The notes under the pieces: model-generated
What the model was told of the DNA's origin: nothing
The model's input: only the letters and a program-made list of their open reading frames with translations
The model's database searches: none
Position numbers and translations under genes: made by a program
In this document: positions 17,138 to 27,380 of the stretch, piece after piece
How positions within the stretch are numbered: position 1 is the first letter of the stretch
Layout of the letters: every line of letters starts with the position of its first letter
NCBI GenBank assembly: GCA_016186795.1
Contig: JACPKY010000002.1
Location: 350,748-414,747, forward strand
DNA from: Candidatus Gottesmanbacteria bacterium
Lineage (GTDB): Bacteria > Patescibacteriota > Microgenomatia > 2-02-FULL-39-11
Direction: 5' to 3'
DNA length: 64,000 nucleotides

Positions 17138-18278
17138 TCATTTCCCAGTTGAATTGTCTTTCAACAAGCTCACGACCATTTTTTGCAAGTTTCCTATATA
17201 ATGAAGGGTTTGTAAGAACCGTAACAGTTTCACTCGCTAGTACTTTCACATTGTCAGAAATTATGGCGTGTTTATTGTGAACTGCACCTAGCCCTTCAAT
17301 ACCAGTGGTGGTTGTCACAACAGGAAGTCCAGTTGCCATCGCCTCGAGAATCTTATATCGTGTTCCCCCGGGGCCATAGATTGGTGCAAGAAGTACATCA
17401 GACTTTATATAGGCCTTGCGAATGTCTTCCATATCTTCAGTTATTCGTACGGAACTTGATTGGTAAGAGCGAATTGATTTCGGAGGATGTCTACCAATAA
17501 TCCATAAAGTCGCCTTGGGAATTCTTGAAACAATCTGGGGCCAAATGTCTTTCATAAGAATTGAAACAGCTTCACGATTTTGTAGCCATTTAAAATTCCC
17601 TACAAACAATATAGTTGGCCGTGTGGAGTCTATTTTATCTTTCCTCTTTTCAAAAAATGATACGTCAACCCCATTGGGCACAAGATCCACTGGGAGATTC
17701 GGAATGAGACTTTGCATGATTTTCTTATCAGGAAGGGACATTGTGACAACTCGTGTTGCTTTCTGCCAGAACCGTTTCTCCCAAAATTTTATTTTTACTA
17801 CATCCCACTCCATTAAAAGCTTCAGTAGAAGGAACTGAATGCTTTTGGTGTAATGTTTATATACCAAATATTCTATCGTCTGCTCTGCCAGAATCGTCGG
17901 AATTGTATTCGGAGGAATATTGGGCATCACATAAAATGTTTCAGCATGAATAATATCAAAGCGTTGCCGCTCCAACTCTTTTGCAATAGCTTTTTTTACT
18001 TCTTGTATGTAATACATACACACCACAAGAGGATAGTAAGTAACAGCAGACAGAAACAAACTCTTCGGTGCCCATGGGGGTCTTTTTTTGAATACCTTTA
18101 CATCAATACAATATTTTTTGAGACGTGGAATGTACTCTTTTTCCTGTTCATCTCGGATAAAAGAGTAGAGAGTTATTTCATGTTTTTTTGAAAGGTTCTT
18201 TAATAGATTGTATGTCCGAATTTGTCCACCAGACCAGATCGGATACGGCAGATACGGTGTCAACATGAGAATTTTCAT
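17088..18278 (-). CDS. Glycosyltransferase family 4
   Basis: MKILMLTPYLPYPIWSGGQIRTYNL... N-terminus and a C-terminal ILEAMATGLPVVTT motif. Confidence 0.8.
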   Translation of the reverse strand: MKILMLTPYLPYPIWSGGQIRTYNLLKNLSKKHEITLYSFIRDEQEKEYIPRLKKYCIDVKVFKKRPPWAPKSLFLSAVTYYPLVVCMYYIQEVKKAIAKELERQRFDIIHAETFYVMPNIPPNTIPTILAEQTIEYLVYKHYTKSIQFLLLKLLMEWDVVKIKFWEKRFWQKATRVVTMSLPDKKIMQSLIPNLPVDLVPNGVDVSFFEKRKDKIDSTRPTILFVGNFKWLQNREAVSILMKDIWPQIVSRIPKATLWIIGRHPPKSIRSYQSSSVRITEDMEDIRKAYIKSDVLLAPIYGPGGTRYKILEAMATGLPVVTTTTGIEGLGAVHNKHAIISDNVKVLASETVTVLTNPSLYRKLAKNGRELVERQFNWEMIANKLDRIYKEAAHHM

Positions 18279-18286
18279 GGCTATGC

Positions 18287-21200
18287 TTATTGTGGTAATT
18301 TATTATCCGAAACAAGTTGGATAAGAACATACGTAGGGGTGAAATCGATGATCTTGTAATGCCGAAGCGTTAGATCGGGATTGGTTGCGTCGTTTATTAG
18401 TTCTTTCGTCAAATCGTCAAAGGCAACACTGACGTAATAATCTGCACCTTTCCCGATAAGCTCGTCAATTGAACCTTGAACAATCGGCCATCCAGCTCTT
18501 CGTGTTTGATATAAAAAGGCTGTATCTCCACCGTATGGTGCAATTACTAGTGCTTTGGTGGAGGTCTTTCGCTCCACGATACTCCCTGCTTCAACAATTT
18601 CAGGATGATTGATATTGTAGTAATCGCGTACGTGATACCAACCGAACATGAATGAAAAGACCAAAATAGCAAGAAGAATAACTATTCGTAAGACTCGTGA
18701 TATAAGTTTTGTTGGTATTTCAAAAAGAAAGACTATGCCTTTGGCAGCAAAAATAGAGATTATAGGTATTGTCAGTACTTGGTAATAATCATGCCGTACA
18801 TTTCCTGTTGCAAAAACAATAAGATACAAAAGAGTCCCAATTCCAAACCAATAGAGAAACCATCCTTCTTTTTTGGGCCGTGCCAATATACCGAAAAGAA
18901 GAAGCGGCAATCCCCAGTACCCGGCAATGAGTCGGACTAATCGGTCTGCAAAAATCCAATAAAAGAAAGCCCCCTTAAACCGAATTCCATCCCCATTCAA
19001 AAGCCACATACTTGCAGGAATCCCCTCGGGGAAATGGCTTATCCAATAGCGCCAGAAAAGAAAAGGCACACTAATAATTACAAAATACAACATAAGAATA
19101 AGAATTGATTTTTTCGTATATCCATAGGCTTTAAACCAAATGTATACAAGGGGCAAAAATAAAAAGAGGGCGTATGGTTTTACGAGGAGCGCTGAGGCGC
19201 AAAAGAGAACGCTTACAATAAATAGTAATCCTGCTTTGAGTATTACTCTATTTTCAAAAGACAGTAATGTTTTGAATGTCGATACCAACCGATCAAAGAA
19301 ATAGATACTTCCAAGTGTTGTAAATACAAGAAACGGCTCTGGAAGAATGACTCTACTGAAATAAATATTATAGGGAAGGAATCCGAAAATTATAACGGAA
19401 AGGAACGCCTCGACCCTTCCTACGTATTTTCGTATGAGTGCAAAAAGAAATACCATGCTCCCTAAAGAAGCAAAAATCGAAGTCAACCTTCCTGAAACCT
19501 CAATATTGTACCCAACGAAAATCTTATCAATAATAACTGCTGCAAAGTTATACAGTGGAAACTCAACAAAACGGTATCCTTTGGGATTATCTTGTCCGGA
19601 AGCTACGTTGGAAAGATCATCATATGTTGGATACAAGAGATTCACGCCGTATTTTACGAAATTTCTGGTAACTGCCGATGTATCTGCTTGTCGCCATGAA
19701 TGCCAATCTGCCAGAGGAGTATTAATCTTATACAAACGAGCGTACAGTGAAAATGCTAAGACGACTCCTAAGAGAAAAGTATCACTTTTTATCATTGTAA
19801 GAGTCTTTGTTCGTATAGTATTTACAGTATCGGCAAGACCAGGAACTTGTGGCATTCCAACCTTTTCCTTATTCTGAGTTTGAAGTAAACGAATACCTGC
19901 AACTATTATGCCGACAATTGCCCAATACATGAATGCTACTTTCGAGGATTCATAGACGTCAATATAGATTGCGTTTACCAAAAGCCCAGCAACAATCCCT
20001 CCTAATCCCGCAGCTCCAGCAAAAAGAACTGGATCTTTCATGATTGGAATATTTCTCCAAAGATAGAACAAAATGATGGCTTGAATACTAAAAAATGCAA
20101 GGAATCCTAATATTCCTGTTTCACCAAGAGCACGGAGATAATCATTATCTGTCGATTCTGCTTCTGTAAATTGGTTGAATTGAGTTTTATTGAGTGTTGA
20201 GTATCCGCTTCCAAGCACCGGATTTTTTTTAAAGCCTGCAATTGCCATAGGCCAAAGGGCATCAAAACGAATTGCAGTTGAAAGATCATAGGTAAACGCA
20301 GTTTTTGAGTATGTCCGAGGAACAGCTGAAAGAGTACCTCCAGTTGGAATCATGAGAGGAAAATCCTCATTGACGTCACTTGGACGAAGAGGAGTTGGCG
20401 GTTGATCGCTTGAAGACGTTATCTGTGATAACTGATCTTTCGGATTATTCACGAGAAAGACGGCTCGATTGTCGGGAGGTTTACCAAATGGAGATAATAC
20501 CAAAAGCTTGATACCACCTAATCGTTCCTCAATTTTAAGAAGTTTCGTAAACCGTTCAGACAAATCTCCAAATGAAAGCATGACAAATATCGAAAGTAAT
20601 AGGACAAAAATCCACCGTTTCATTGACCAAAAAAAACCTTTGCGAAACATCCAAAAGAAAAACATCATGGTAATTCCCGCAATGTACGCAAGAAAGGAAG
20701 TCCTTGATGCAGTAAGGATAAGTGTCCAAAATACAGCTGCAATTGCACCGAGGAGGGCAATTTTTCCCAAAACATGTTTAATCGAGAAAAAAAGACTCCA
20801 GAAAAGAATCAGTACCATCATGGTAAATGCCGCCAGATCATAATGGCCTCCAAATGTGGATAGCACGCGGGCATGCTGAGTAAGGTAGAGCATCCATCCT
20901 TTTGCAAACTCTCGGTTCATCGTGGAGAATGCTGGCCAGTAGAGGTATTTTTGACCAAACCCATAGAAGGCAACAGCCAGAGAGGTGATAATCAAAATGC
21001 CAAGGTATATTTTTAGAGTCTTCGTATTTTTGATAGATGAGTAAAACACAAAAAAGAGAGAGAAATACTCAATACGTCGAAGAAAATGTAATATAACTTT
21101 CTGAATATGTAGAAGCTCAAATGGAACGGTCCGAATGATAAATACGGCCGAAATAAGTGAGAGTAGTCCTATGGTCAAATACAATGCGATGGGTTTAGCG

Positions 21201-21427
21201 AGCGGATTTCCTCGTAGTTCGACTTTTTTCCGCCATAGAGAAATTAACCAGAGGATAAGGGTAACTGAAACAAAAAAATCCTCAAGTCTGACACGCACAA
21301 TATATCCCGGCAACACGTCAAACAACGGAAGCTTCGGATACAATGGTATAAAAATGAGAAGAAATCCGGCTAGAAGAGAGAGATGGTTATTGTCTAGCCA
21401 TTTCAAAAGCTTTCGCATAAAGACCAC
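18287..21427 (-). CDS. 1046-aa polytopic membrane protein. It is a fusion of an O-antigen ligase/polymerase-like (Wzy_C) N-terminal half and a GT-C (PMT/ArnT-like, polyprenyl-phosphate-sugar dependent) C-terminal half.
   Basis: N-terminal half has more than 10 TM helices with a Wzy_C-like segment (STFGGHYDLAAF...). The C-terminal half begins with another TM bundle and a conserved acidic loop (YPTYDDLSNV...FVEFPLYNF) like GT39/GT83 enzymes, followed by a soluble C-terminal domain. Confidence 0.5.
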   Translation of the reverse strand: MVFMRKLLKWLDNNHLSLLAGFLLIFIPLYPKLPLFDVLPGYIVRVRLEDFFVSVTLILWLISLWRKKVELRGNPLAKPIALYLTIGLLSLISAVFIIRTVPFELLHIQKVILHFLRRIEYFSLFFVFYSSIKNTKTLKIYLGILIITSLAVAFYGFGQKYLYWPAFSTMNREFAKGWMLYLTQHARVLSTFGGHYDLAAFTMMVLILFWSLFFSIKHVLGKIALLGAIAAVFWTLILTASRTSFLAYIAGITMMFFFWMFRKGFFWSMKRWIFVLLLSIFVMLSFGDLSERFTKLLKIEERLGGIKLLVLSPFGKPPDNRAVFLVNNPKDQLSQITSSSDQPPTPLRPSDVNEDFPLMIPTGGTLSAVPRTYSKTAFTYDLSTAIRFDALWPMAIAGFKKNPVLGSGYSTLNKTQFNQFTEAESTDNDYLRALGETGILGFLAFFSIQAIILFYLWRNIPIMKDPVLFAGAAGLGGIVAGLLVNAIYIDVYESSKVAFMYWAIVGIIVAGIRLLQTQNKEKVGMPQVPGLADTVNTIRTKTLTMIKSDTFLLGVVLAFSLYARLYKINTPLADWHSWRQADTSAVTRNFVKYGVNLLYPTYDDLSNVASGQDNPKGYRFVEFPLYNFAAVIIDKIFVGYNIEVSGRLTSIFASLGSMVFLFALIRKYVGRVEAFLSVIIFGFLPYNIYFSRVILPEPFLVFTTLGSIYFFDRLVSTFKTLLSFENRVILKAGLLFIVSVLFCASALLVKPYALFLFLPLVYIWFKAYGYTKKSILILMLYFVIISVPFLFWRYWISHFPEGIPASMWLLNGDGIRFKGAFFYWIFADRLVRLIAGYWGLPLLLFGILARPKKEGWFLYWFGIGTLLYLIVFATGNVRHDYYQVLTIPIISIFAAKGIVFLFEIPTKLISRVLRIVILLAILVFSFMFGWYHVRDYYNINHPEIVEAGSIVERKTSTKALVIAPYGGDTAFLYQTRRAGWPIVQGSIDELIGKGADYYVSVAFDDLTKELINDATNPDLTLRHYKIIDFTPTYVLIQLVSDNKLPQ

Positions 21428-22328
21428 GACGCTTTGGGTATTTTCCGATTATACCAAATACAATAATGCGTAACAACGCTCCTAATGCTAGAATCATCCG
21501 AAGAATTATACGTCTTCCAAAAGAGTAGTGCTTTTTATATAGTGATAGAAGACCTTGAAATTCCTCTACAATTCCGCTCTCTCCCTTTTCTTTTGATGAA
21601 CCGCCTTTGTAGTGATAGAGAGGACTAGAAGAAGTGAAAAGCACTCTATACCCGGCTTTCCGTATGCGGTAACACCACTCAACTTCCTCTCCGTACATAA
21701 AGAAACGTTCATCCAAAGGTCCAACTGCATCAATCACGTCTCTTCGGATGCAAAAACATGCACCGCTCACCCAATCGACCAACGTATCTTTCTGATACAA
21801 AGATGTATCGGTTATATGATACGGTCGTATCAGACGTTGGATCCATGGAATATCATCCAAAAATAACATCCAGAGAACTACGCGCAAAAGTGTGGGAGAA
21901 AATCCGGCAGACGGTTGGATTGAGCCGTCTGCATTAAGAAGTTTTCCCCCTGTTACTGCAAGATGTTTGAGGTGGAAAAAGGGGGAGATGATATTTTTAA
22001 GTGTTGTGGGAAATACTTTTGTATCACTATTTAATAGAAGAATAAACTGTCCAGATGCCTTTTTTATCCCTTGATTATTTGCTTTGGCAAACCCGACATT
22101 TCTCGTGTTTTTAATAACTTGAACAAAAGGAAATCTTGTCCGAACCATCTTTATACTTCCATCTTTTGATGCGTTGTCAACAACAATAATCTCAATCGGT
22201 ACCCAGTTTTTCTTTTCGTACTCTTCTTTAAGCGAGAAAAGACAATCAGATAGAAGATTCCTCGTATTGTAGTTTACGATTATGACACTCAACGTAAGGA
22301 TCCCGGAAACGTAAGACTTCTTCTTCAT
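21387..22328 (-). CDS. Glycosyltransferase family 2
   Basis: LSVIIVNYNTRNLL...IIVVDNASKDGS signature. Confidence 0.8.
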   Translation of the reverse strand: MKKKSYVSGILTLSVIIVNYNTRNLLSDCLFSLKEEYEKKNWVPIEIIVVDNASKDGSIKMVRTRFPFVQVIKNTRNVGFAKANNQGIKKASGQFILLLNSDTKVFPTTLKNIISPFFHLKHLAVTGGKLLNADGSIQPSAGFSPTLLRVVLWMLFLDDIPWIQRLIRPYHITDTSLYQKDTLVDWVSGACFCIRRDVIDAVGPLDERFFMYGEEVEWCYRIRKAGYRVLFTSSSPLYHYKGGSSKEKGESGIVEEFQGLLSLYKKHYSFGRRIILRMILALGALLRIIVFGIIGKYPKRRGLYAKAFEMARQ

Positions 22329-22351
22329 ACAAAGGGGCAGGATTTAGGCGA

Positions 22352-22981
22352 TTACTGAAAGAGTCTTGCTCGGCCTATTCGGTAGTTGGGTTTTGATAAT
22401 TTCCTCTCTCCAATTTTTTCGGCTGGAACACCAGCAACAATAGTAAAAGGATCTACATCTTTTGTTACAACAGCTCCAGCTGCAACGACAGCACCAATCC
22501 CAATATGAACTCCTGGAAGGATCGTAACTCTCGGACCAATAAATACATAGTTGGAAATATTGACTTCTCCATACTCAACAGCGAAATCTTGACTATGAAT
22601 ATCGTGTTGCGAGTTGTATATCAAAACTTGCGAAGAAATAGCAACGTGACTACCAATAATTAATCGCGCTCGACCATCGAGAAATGCGTGGTCTCCGACA
22701 ATTGTATCTTCTCCAATCGTTATTCCTCCTGGTTGATAAAAGTTAGCAAACATATGAATGGTTGAGCTTTTTCCAATTTTAATACCGACCAAACGATACA
22801 GAAGTCTCCTCACCCAATGAATGGGAATATGCCCAACAAATCGCAATATCATAAGCTCAAAATCAAGGAAAATATTAAACACTCGAGTGATAAACTTTCC
22901 CATGGCTTGATTTACCGTGAGCGGTTTCCCCATTCTATCTCGTATTACTACCATAGAGGGAAATTCTACTTTATATATCAA
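22352..22981 (-). CDS. Sugar O-/N-acetyltransferase of the left-handed beta-helix (hexapeptide repeat) family
   Basis: Tandem hexapeptide repeats (IGEDTIVGDHAFLDGRARLIIGSHVAISSQVLIYNSQHDI...IGPRVTILPGVHIGIGAVVAAGAVV). Confidence 0.75.
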   Translation of the reverse strand: MIYKVEFPSMVVIRDRMGKPLTVNQAMGKFITRVFNIFLDFELMILRFVGHIPIHWVRRLLYRLVGIKIGKSSTIHMFANFYQPGGITIGEDTIVGDHAFLDGRARLIIGSHVAISSQVLIYNSQHDIHSQDFAVEYGEVNISNYVFIGPRVTILPGVHIGIGAVVAAGAVVTKDVDPFTIVAGVPAEKIGERKLSKPNYRIGRARLFQ

Positions 22982-22987
22982 AATATA

Positions 22988-24118
22988 TCAAATATGTACA
23001 TTTTCTAGGACTTTTAGCGTTTGCTTCGCACATTGACCCCAATCGAAGCGTTTCACCTCCTCTAACCCTCGTCTTATCATTATATCTCGGAAGTTTCTCT
23101 CTGCCATAACTTTTGAGAGTCCCTCGGCAATACTTTCGGATTGTAAGGGATCTACCAAAACCCCAGCGTTTCCGACAATTTCGGGAAGAGATGTCGTTTT
23201 ACTTACAACAACAGGGCATCCACAAGCCATAGCTTCAATAGCGGGTATACCAAATCCTTCGTAGAGACTAGGTAAGACAAAACACTGGGCACCACGGTAT
23301 AATACCGAAAGAATTGAGTTGGAAACGTAGTTGAGCCAAATGATCCTGTTTTTTAGAGGTGATCTTCCTATTTTTTCAAAAATTGGCTCGGTAAGCCAAC
23401 CTTTTTTTCCTACAAGAACAAGTGATATATCATGTTCTTTTTGAATTGTTTCAAACGCATCAAGAAGTTTTGTGATGTTTTTTCTTGGCTGTATCGTCCC
23501 GACAAAGAGGATATATCGGCCACGAATTCCAAGACGTTTTATAAGATCTTGGTCTTTTGTTTTGAGTCTATCTTTGCGGAAACTTTTTTTATCATACCCT
23601 GGGTAGGTAACAACAACTCGATCGGGAGAAACTTTATACGCATCAATGATAGAATTTCGTGAGAAGTGACTAATCGTAAGAATAGAAACAGCTTTTTTCA
23701 CAGAATATGCTGTCCACTCTTTTAATTGATATAGATCTTTTTTTCGGAAAAGTTCTGGAAAGAAGAGAAATGATACGTCCATAATAGACATAACGTGAGG
23801 AAGTGGGGAGAATCGAGGTACATAATGAGAGGGACTAAAAAATACATCTATCTTATCTCTTGAAAGATATAGCTCCAGTGGTAAAGCTATTTGAGTCCAT
23901 AATTTTGATGGTCCAAAAACTTTATATCTCCAAAAATCGGAAATTTTCGGCAAATCGGGAGATGGAGCGTTCTTAAGATATACAATATAGCGATTGGTGG
24001 GCTTATTTATCCTTCTCCTTTCAAGATCATTCAGGTGAGAAAGAAGTTGATATGCATATTGTCCAATTCCAACACGCTCTTTCGTATTCGCCTCGTTTCC
24101 ATCGATACCGATTGTCAT
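22988..24118 (-). CDS. Glycosyltransferase family 4
   Basis: YEGFGIPAIEAMACGCPVVVS motif. GT-B architecture. Confidence 0.85.
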   Translation of the reverse strand: MTIGIDGNEANTKERVGIGQYAYQLLSHLNDLERRRINKPTNRYIVYLKNAPSPDLPKISDFWRYKVFGPSKLWTQIALPLELYLSRDKIDVFFSPSHYVPRFSPLPHVMSIMDVSFLFFPELFRKKDLYQLKEWTAYSVKKAVSILTISHFSRNSIIDAYKVSPDRVVVTYPGYDKKSFRKDRLKTKDQDLIKRLGIRGRYILFVGTIQPRKNITKLLDAFETIQKEHDISLVLVGKKGWLTEPIFEKIGRSPLKNRIIWLNYVSNSILSVLYRGAQCFVLPSLYEGFGIPAIEAMACGCPVVVSKTTSLPEIVGNAGVLVDPLQSESIAEGLSKVMAERNFRDIMIRRGLEEVKRFDWGQCAKQTLKVLENVHI

Positions 24119-25269
24119 ATCTGACGTTTTCCAATCATTTCGTATAAGTGAATAACTTTTCGTGCATGACTATTCCAGTTAAAACGGGCTACATATCCTG
24201 AAGTATCTTTAATAAGATTTGTCCGTAAATCACTATCTACGATTAACTGAACTAGTTTTTGAGAGATCTCAACAGAGTCTGTGGGGTCAATGATAAGTGC
24301 GTGGTCTTTTACCAACTCCTTGAGACTTCCTCGATTTGAAGCAATAACAGGACACCCACAGGCCATGGCCTCAAGAATCGGCAGTCCAAAACCCTCATAA
24401 AGGGAGGGATAGACAAATACCCGTGCGCCACTAAAGAGAGCCGGTAAATCTCTTTGTTCAACGAAACCAAGAGTACGGACGTATTTTGAAGAAGAAATTT
24501 TTTCTCCCCAGCCAGGATTTCCTACAATAACGAGCTCAAGAGGCTTTCGCATTGCCTTTATAAGTGGATGTCTCTCAAATTCCAGAAACGCGGCGATGAG
24601 TGTTTTGAGATTCTTTCGCGGTTCAACAATGCCGACACTCAAAACATAATCGTCAAAAAGCGAATATTTTTGCTTTACTCGTTCTATTTCCTGCTTTGAC
24701 TGCGGTTGAAAGTCATTCGATACTCCCGGATAGATAACATGCACAATGGTATCAGAAACTTTCAAGATACGGGTAATATCTTCTTTTGTACTATATGAAT
24801 CTGAAATAATACAGTCCACCTCTTTTTGCACCCATCCCAGTCTTTTTTTTTGCGTGTCAACAATATATTGACTTGAAGTCTCTGGGTATTTGAGCGGAAT
24901 AACATCATGTACTGTCGTTATTTTCACTGCTTTTGTTGGCGGTTGAATCCAGTCTGATGAGTGAAAGATGTCAATATCGGGAAGAAAAATATCAACCGGG
25001 AGTATGTGGAGAGAGTTCCATACAAAATTAATAACACTTGGCGGAAGGAAAATAAATTTTTTAGAAACTCCGTTATGAATCTTTTTCATCTCGGAATGAA
25101 ATTGTTCAAGTATATTCATCTGATGAAAAGCCACACCAAAGAGGATATACTCGTTTTTCTTATCAACAGATAGAAGCGATGAAATAAGGTTCCGCGTATA
25201 CGTAGCGACGCCACTTCCTTGATATACAATTTGTGAAATATCAATTGCGATTTTCATAGAAGAATTCAA
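24115..25269 (-). CDS. Glycosyltransferase family 4
   Basis: YEGFGLPILEAMACGCPVIAS motif. Paralogous to the upstream GT4. Confidence 0.85.
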   Translation of the reverse strand: MNSSMKIAIDISQIVYQGSGVATYTRNLISSLLSVDKKNEYILFGVAFHQMNILEQFHSEMKKIHNGVSKKFIFLPPSVINFVWNSLHILPVDIFLPDIDIFHSSDWIQPPTKAVKITTVHDVIPLKYPETSSQYIVDTQKKRLGWVQKEVDCIISDSYSTKEDITRILKVSDTIVHVIYPGVSNDFQPQSKQEIERVKQKYSLFDDYVLSVGIVEPRKNLKTLIAAFLEFERHPLIKAMRKPLELVIVGNPGWGEKISSSKYVRTLGFVEQRDLPALFSGARVFVYPSLYEGFGLPILEAMACGCPVIASNRGSLKELVKDHALIIDPTDSVEISQKLVQLIVDSDLRTNLIKDTSGYVARFNWNSHARKVIHLYEMIGKRQI

Positions 25270-26011
25270 GTTGAAAAATCTGTCTGTATGTGGGTCCCCT
25301 TGTGATCATAAGAAGAGGCAGGAAAAAAAGCAAAATTTTCCGAAAAAATATATCCACAAAAAAACTTCTTGTCATCCACCCCTGCATAAGAAAATAACGA
25401 ATGCGAAAATCCTCATTCCCAAAAATAGAGATTGTAAATGGAATATGTTTCTTTTTTGCATATCGTCTCAAACGGGCAACAAAATCAGATTGTTCCGGAA
25501 GACCATATTTTACCTGTTCTTCTAAAAAAAAGTACGATCTGCCAAATTTCTCCTGATACTTTTTATCAAGAAGTACATCTTGTTGGTAAGATCTCCTCCC
25601 ACAAGGTACTGCAAGAATGATTTTGTACTTTCCAACTCGAACTAACTCTTTAATCACCCGATCTCGAGAAGAGGGAAGGATATGCTCAAGAGCATCAATG
25701 CTAATTACAACATCAAACGCATTATCTGAAAAAGGGAGGTTTGTAGCATTTGCCACAACTTGTTGTAGTAATTTATGAAATGGTGGAGAAAAATGCGTAT
25801 CGACGCCTACCACCTTCCGCTTTAAGTATGGAGCAATACCTAGTCCTCCTGACCCAACCTCCAAAACTGAAACATTGTCTCCAAGAATTTTTATTTTTTC
25901 CACAATTGGAAGATACCGGATAGCAACTTCTGGATGCCAACGAGAGAAATGCCCGAAGTTGGCAAAAACGCCCGCAATATCAGATTTTTTCATACCGATA
26001 AATAAACCCAA
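25241..26011 (-). CDS. Class I SAM-dependent methyltransferase
   Basis: Motif I LEVGSGGLG and the post-I motif DVVISIDALEHI. Confidence 0.65.
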   Translation of the reverse strand: MGLFIGMKKSDIAGVFANFGHFSRWHPEVAIRYLPIVEKIKILGDNVSVLEVGSGGLGIAPYLKRKVVGVDTHFSPPFHKLLQQVVANATNLPFSDNAFDVVISIDALEHILPSSRDRVIKELVRVGKYKIILAVPCGRRSYQQDVLLDKKYQEKFGRSYFFLEEQVKYGLPEQSDFVARLRRYAKKKHIPFTISIFGNEDFRIRYFLMQGWMTRSFFVDIFFRKILLFFLPLLMITRGPTYRQIFQLEFFYENRN

Positions 26012-27377
26012 CTCCAGGAAAATCTCGAATCTCCTTCTCCTCGTATGAGTGAGTAGAAAGATATAATCGTATCATACCCTTCTGGTCCGTAAGTCCTGTA
26101 AGATACTGAAAAAAATACACAGTATTCTTTCCAGAAATTTTCTCCTCCAATATGAGAAGATCGTCGTCACTAACAATAAATGATGGAGCGATTCCAAAAG
26201 ATGGAGAATTACCTTTGTAGTACCAAAGATAAGGGGCAAATGGACTGGGAAATGCAAATAAGACTACGCTTTTTGGGGTTTCTGTTTTTTCAATAAATGA
26301 AATTGCTGCTCTCCAATTTTCTCTTTGAACATAGGAATTAGTATAGTATTGCCAAAGTCCGATGGCGCTCGTTGTAACGATAATTAAGATTCCCAAAATT
26401 AATAATCGGAAACGCAACTTTAGTATCCAGGTTGCAAGAATCAGATAAAAGAGTGGAAGTAAAAAGAGAAGTCGTTGTGGAGCAACAACTGGTATGAATG
26501 CGTTTGCTATTACGGCAGCAACAAATGGAGTAAAGAAAAGAGAAAGTAAGATTTTTCCACTCTTTTCTCTCCAAAACGTAAGACAACTTATGATAAAAAG
26601 CGCCATTTCAGGAATGAGAACAAGTGATGCGCTTATATTGTTTGAGACTGTTATCTTGCCAAGAATAAATTTCGCAAATGTTGAAGGAATTAACGAAACA
26701 TTTGCAACAGAAACAACACTCGTCCATCCATGGAATTGTCCTCCCAAACCCACTCTTAATTGTTGAGCAAAAAACGGAATCCACGCCCAAAAAATAATTG
26801 CAGCTATAGTTAATGCGATTATAATATTTTTGATATCTTTTCTTTGGAAAAAAAGAATATAGAAAAGATGTGATAAAAAGACAAAAAACGTAAAGTAGTT
26901 AGTTAAAATCGCAAAAATTCCCAAAATTGTGTACCAAAACCACCGGCTTTTTAATATTAAATATGTTGCAAAAAGAGAAAGAAAAACAAAAAGCATGTAA
27001 GGACGAGCTTCTTGTGAATACCATACATGATAGGAAGAAACGGTAAGAAAGAGGCTTGCTAAAACTCCTGTTCGTTTATTTGCAAGACGTGTACCGATCA
27101 GATAGGTCATCACAATTGAACCCAGTGAAAAAATTACACTCGGGAGTCGAATCCAGACTTCGGAAGACCCACCAAGGAGCCAAAAATGAAGAAAAAGATG
27201 GTAAAAGGGTGGATGAAAATCGGCTGCAATATCAAATTGCTGCCAAAATGGTCGTGATGATTCTATAACTTGGGCTGCCTCGTCAAGCCATAAGCTTTGA
27301 TTTAACGTAATGAGACGAAGAAATAAAGCTAAAAGTAGAATACTAAATAGAATTCTATTTTTCATGAAATAGTTCAT
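25980..27377 (-). CDS. GT-C glycosyltransferase, family 39/83-like (PMT/ArnT-type, polyprenyl-phosphate-sugar dependent)
   Basis: About 12 TM helices with the first-loop acidic motif LWLDEAAQV (DE motif) and a C-terminal soluble domain. Confidence 0.6.
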   Translation of the reverse strand: MNYFMKNRILFSILLLALFLRLITLNQSLWLDEAAQVIESSRPFWQQFDIAADFHPPFYHLFLHFWLLGGSSEVWIRLPSVIFSLGSIVMTYLIGTRLANKRTGVLASLFLTVSSYHVWYSQEARPYMLFVFLSLFATYLILKSRWFWYTILGIFAILTNYFTFFVFLSHLFYILFFQRKDIKNIIIALTIAAIIFWAWIPFFAQQLRVGLGGQFHGWTSVVSVANVSLIPSTFAKFILGKITVSNNISASLVLIPEMALFIISCLTFWREKSGKILLSLFFTPFVAAVIANAFIPVVAPQRLLFLLPLFYLILATWILKLRFRLLILGILIIVTTSAIGLWQYYTNSYVQRENWRAAISFIEKTETPKSVVLFAFPSPFAPYLWYYKGNSPSFGIAPSFIVSDDDLLILEEKISGKNTVYFFQYLTGLTDQKGMIRLYLSTHSYEEKEIRDFPGVGFIYRYEKI

Positions 27378-27380
27378 AGG

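Noticed and set aside
19434-19877. 147-aa plus-strand ORF, and other plus-strand ORFs of 60-150 aa (e.g. 20469-20843, 39514-39936, 50455-50739, 58434-58733)
   Set aside because: All are nested antisense within well-supported minus-strand genes in an AT-rich genome where long spurious ORFs are expected. None has a recognisable motif.
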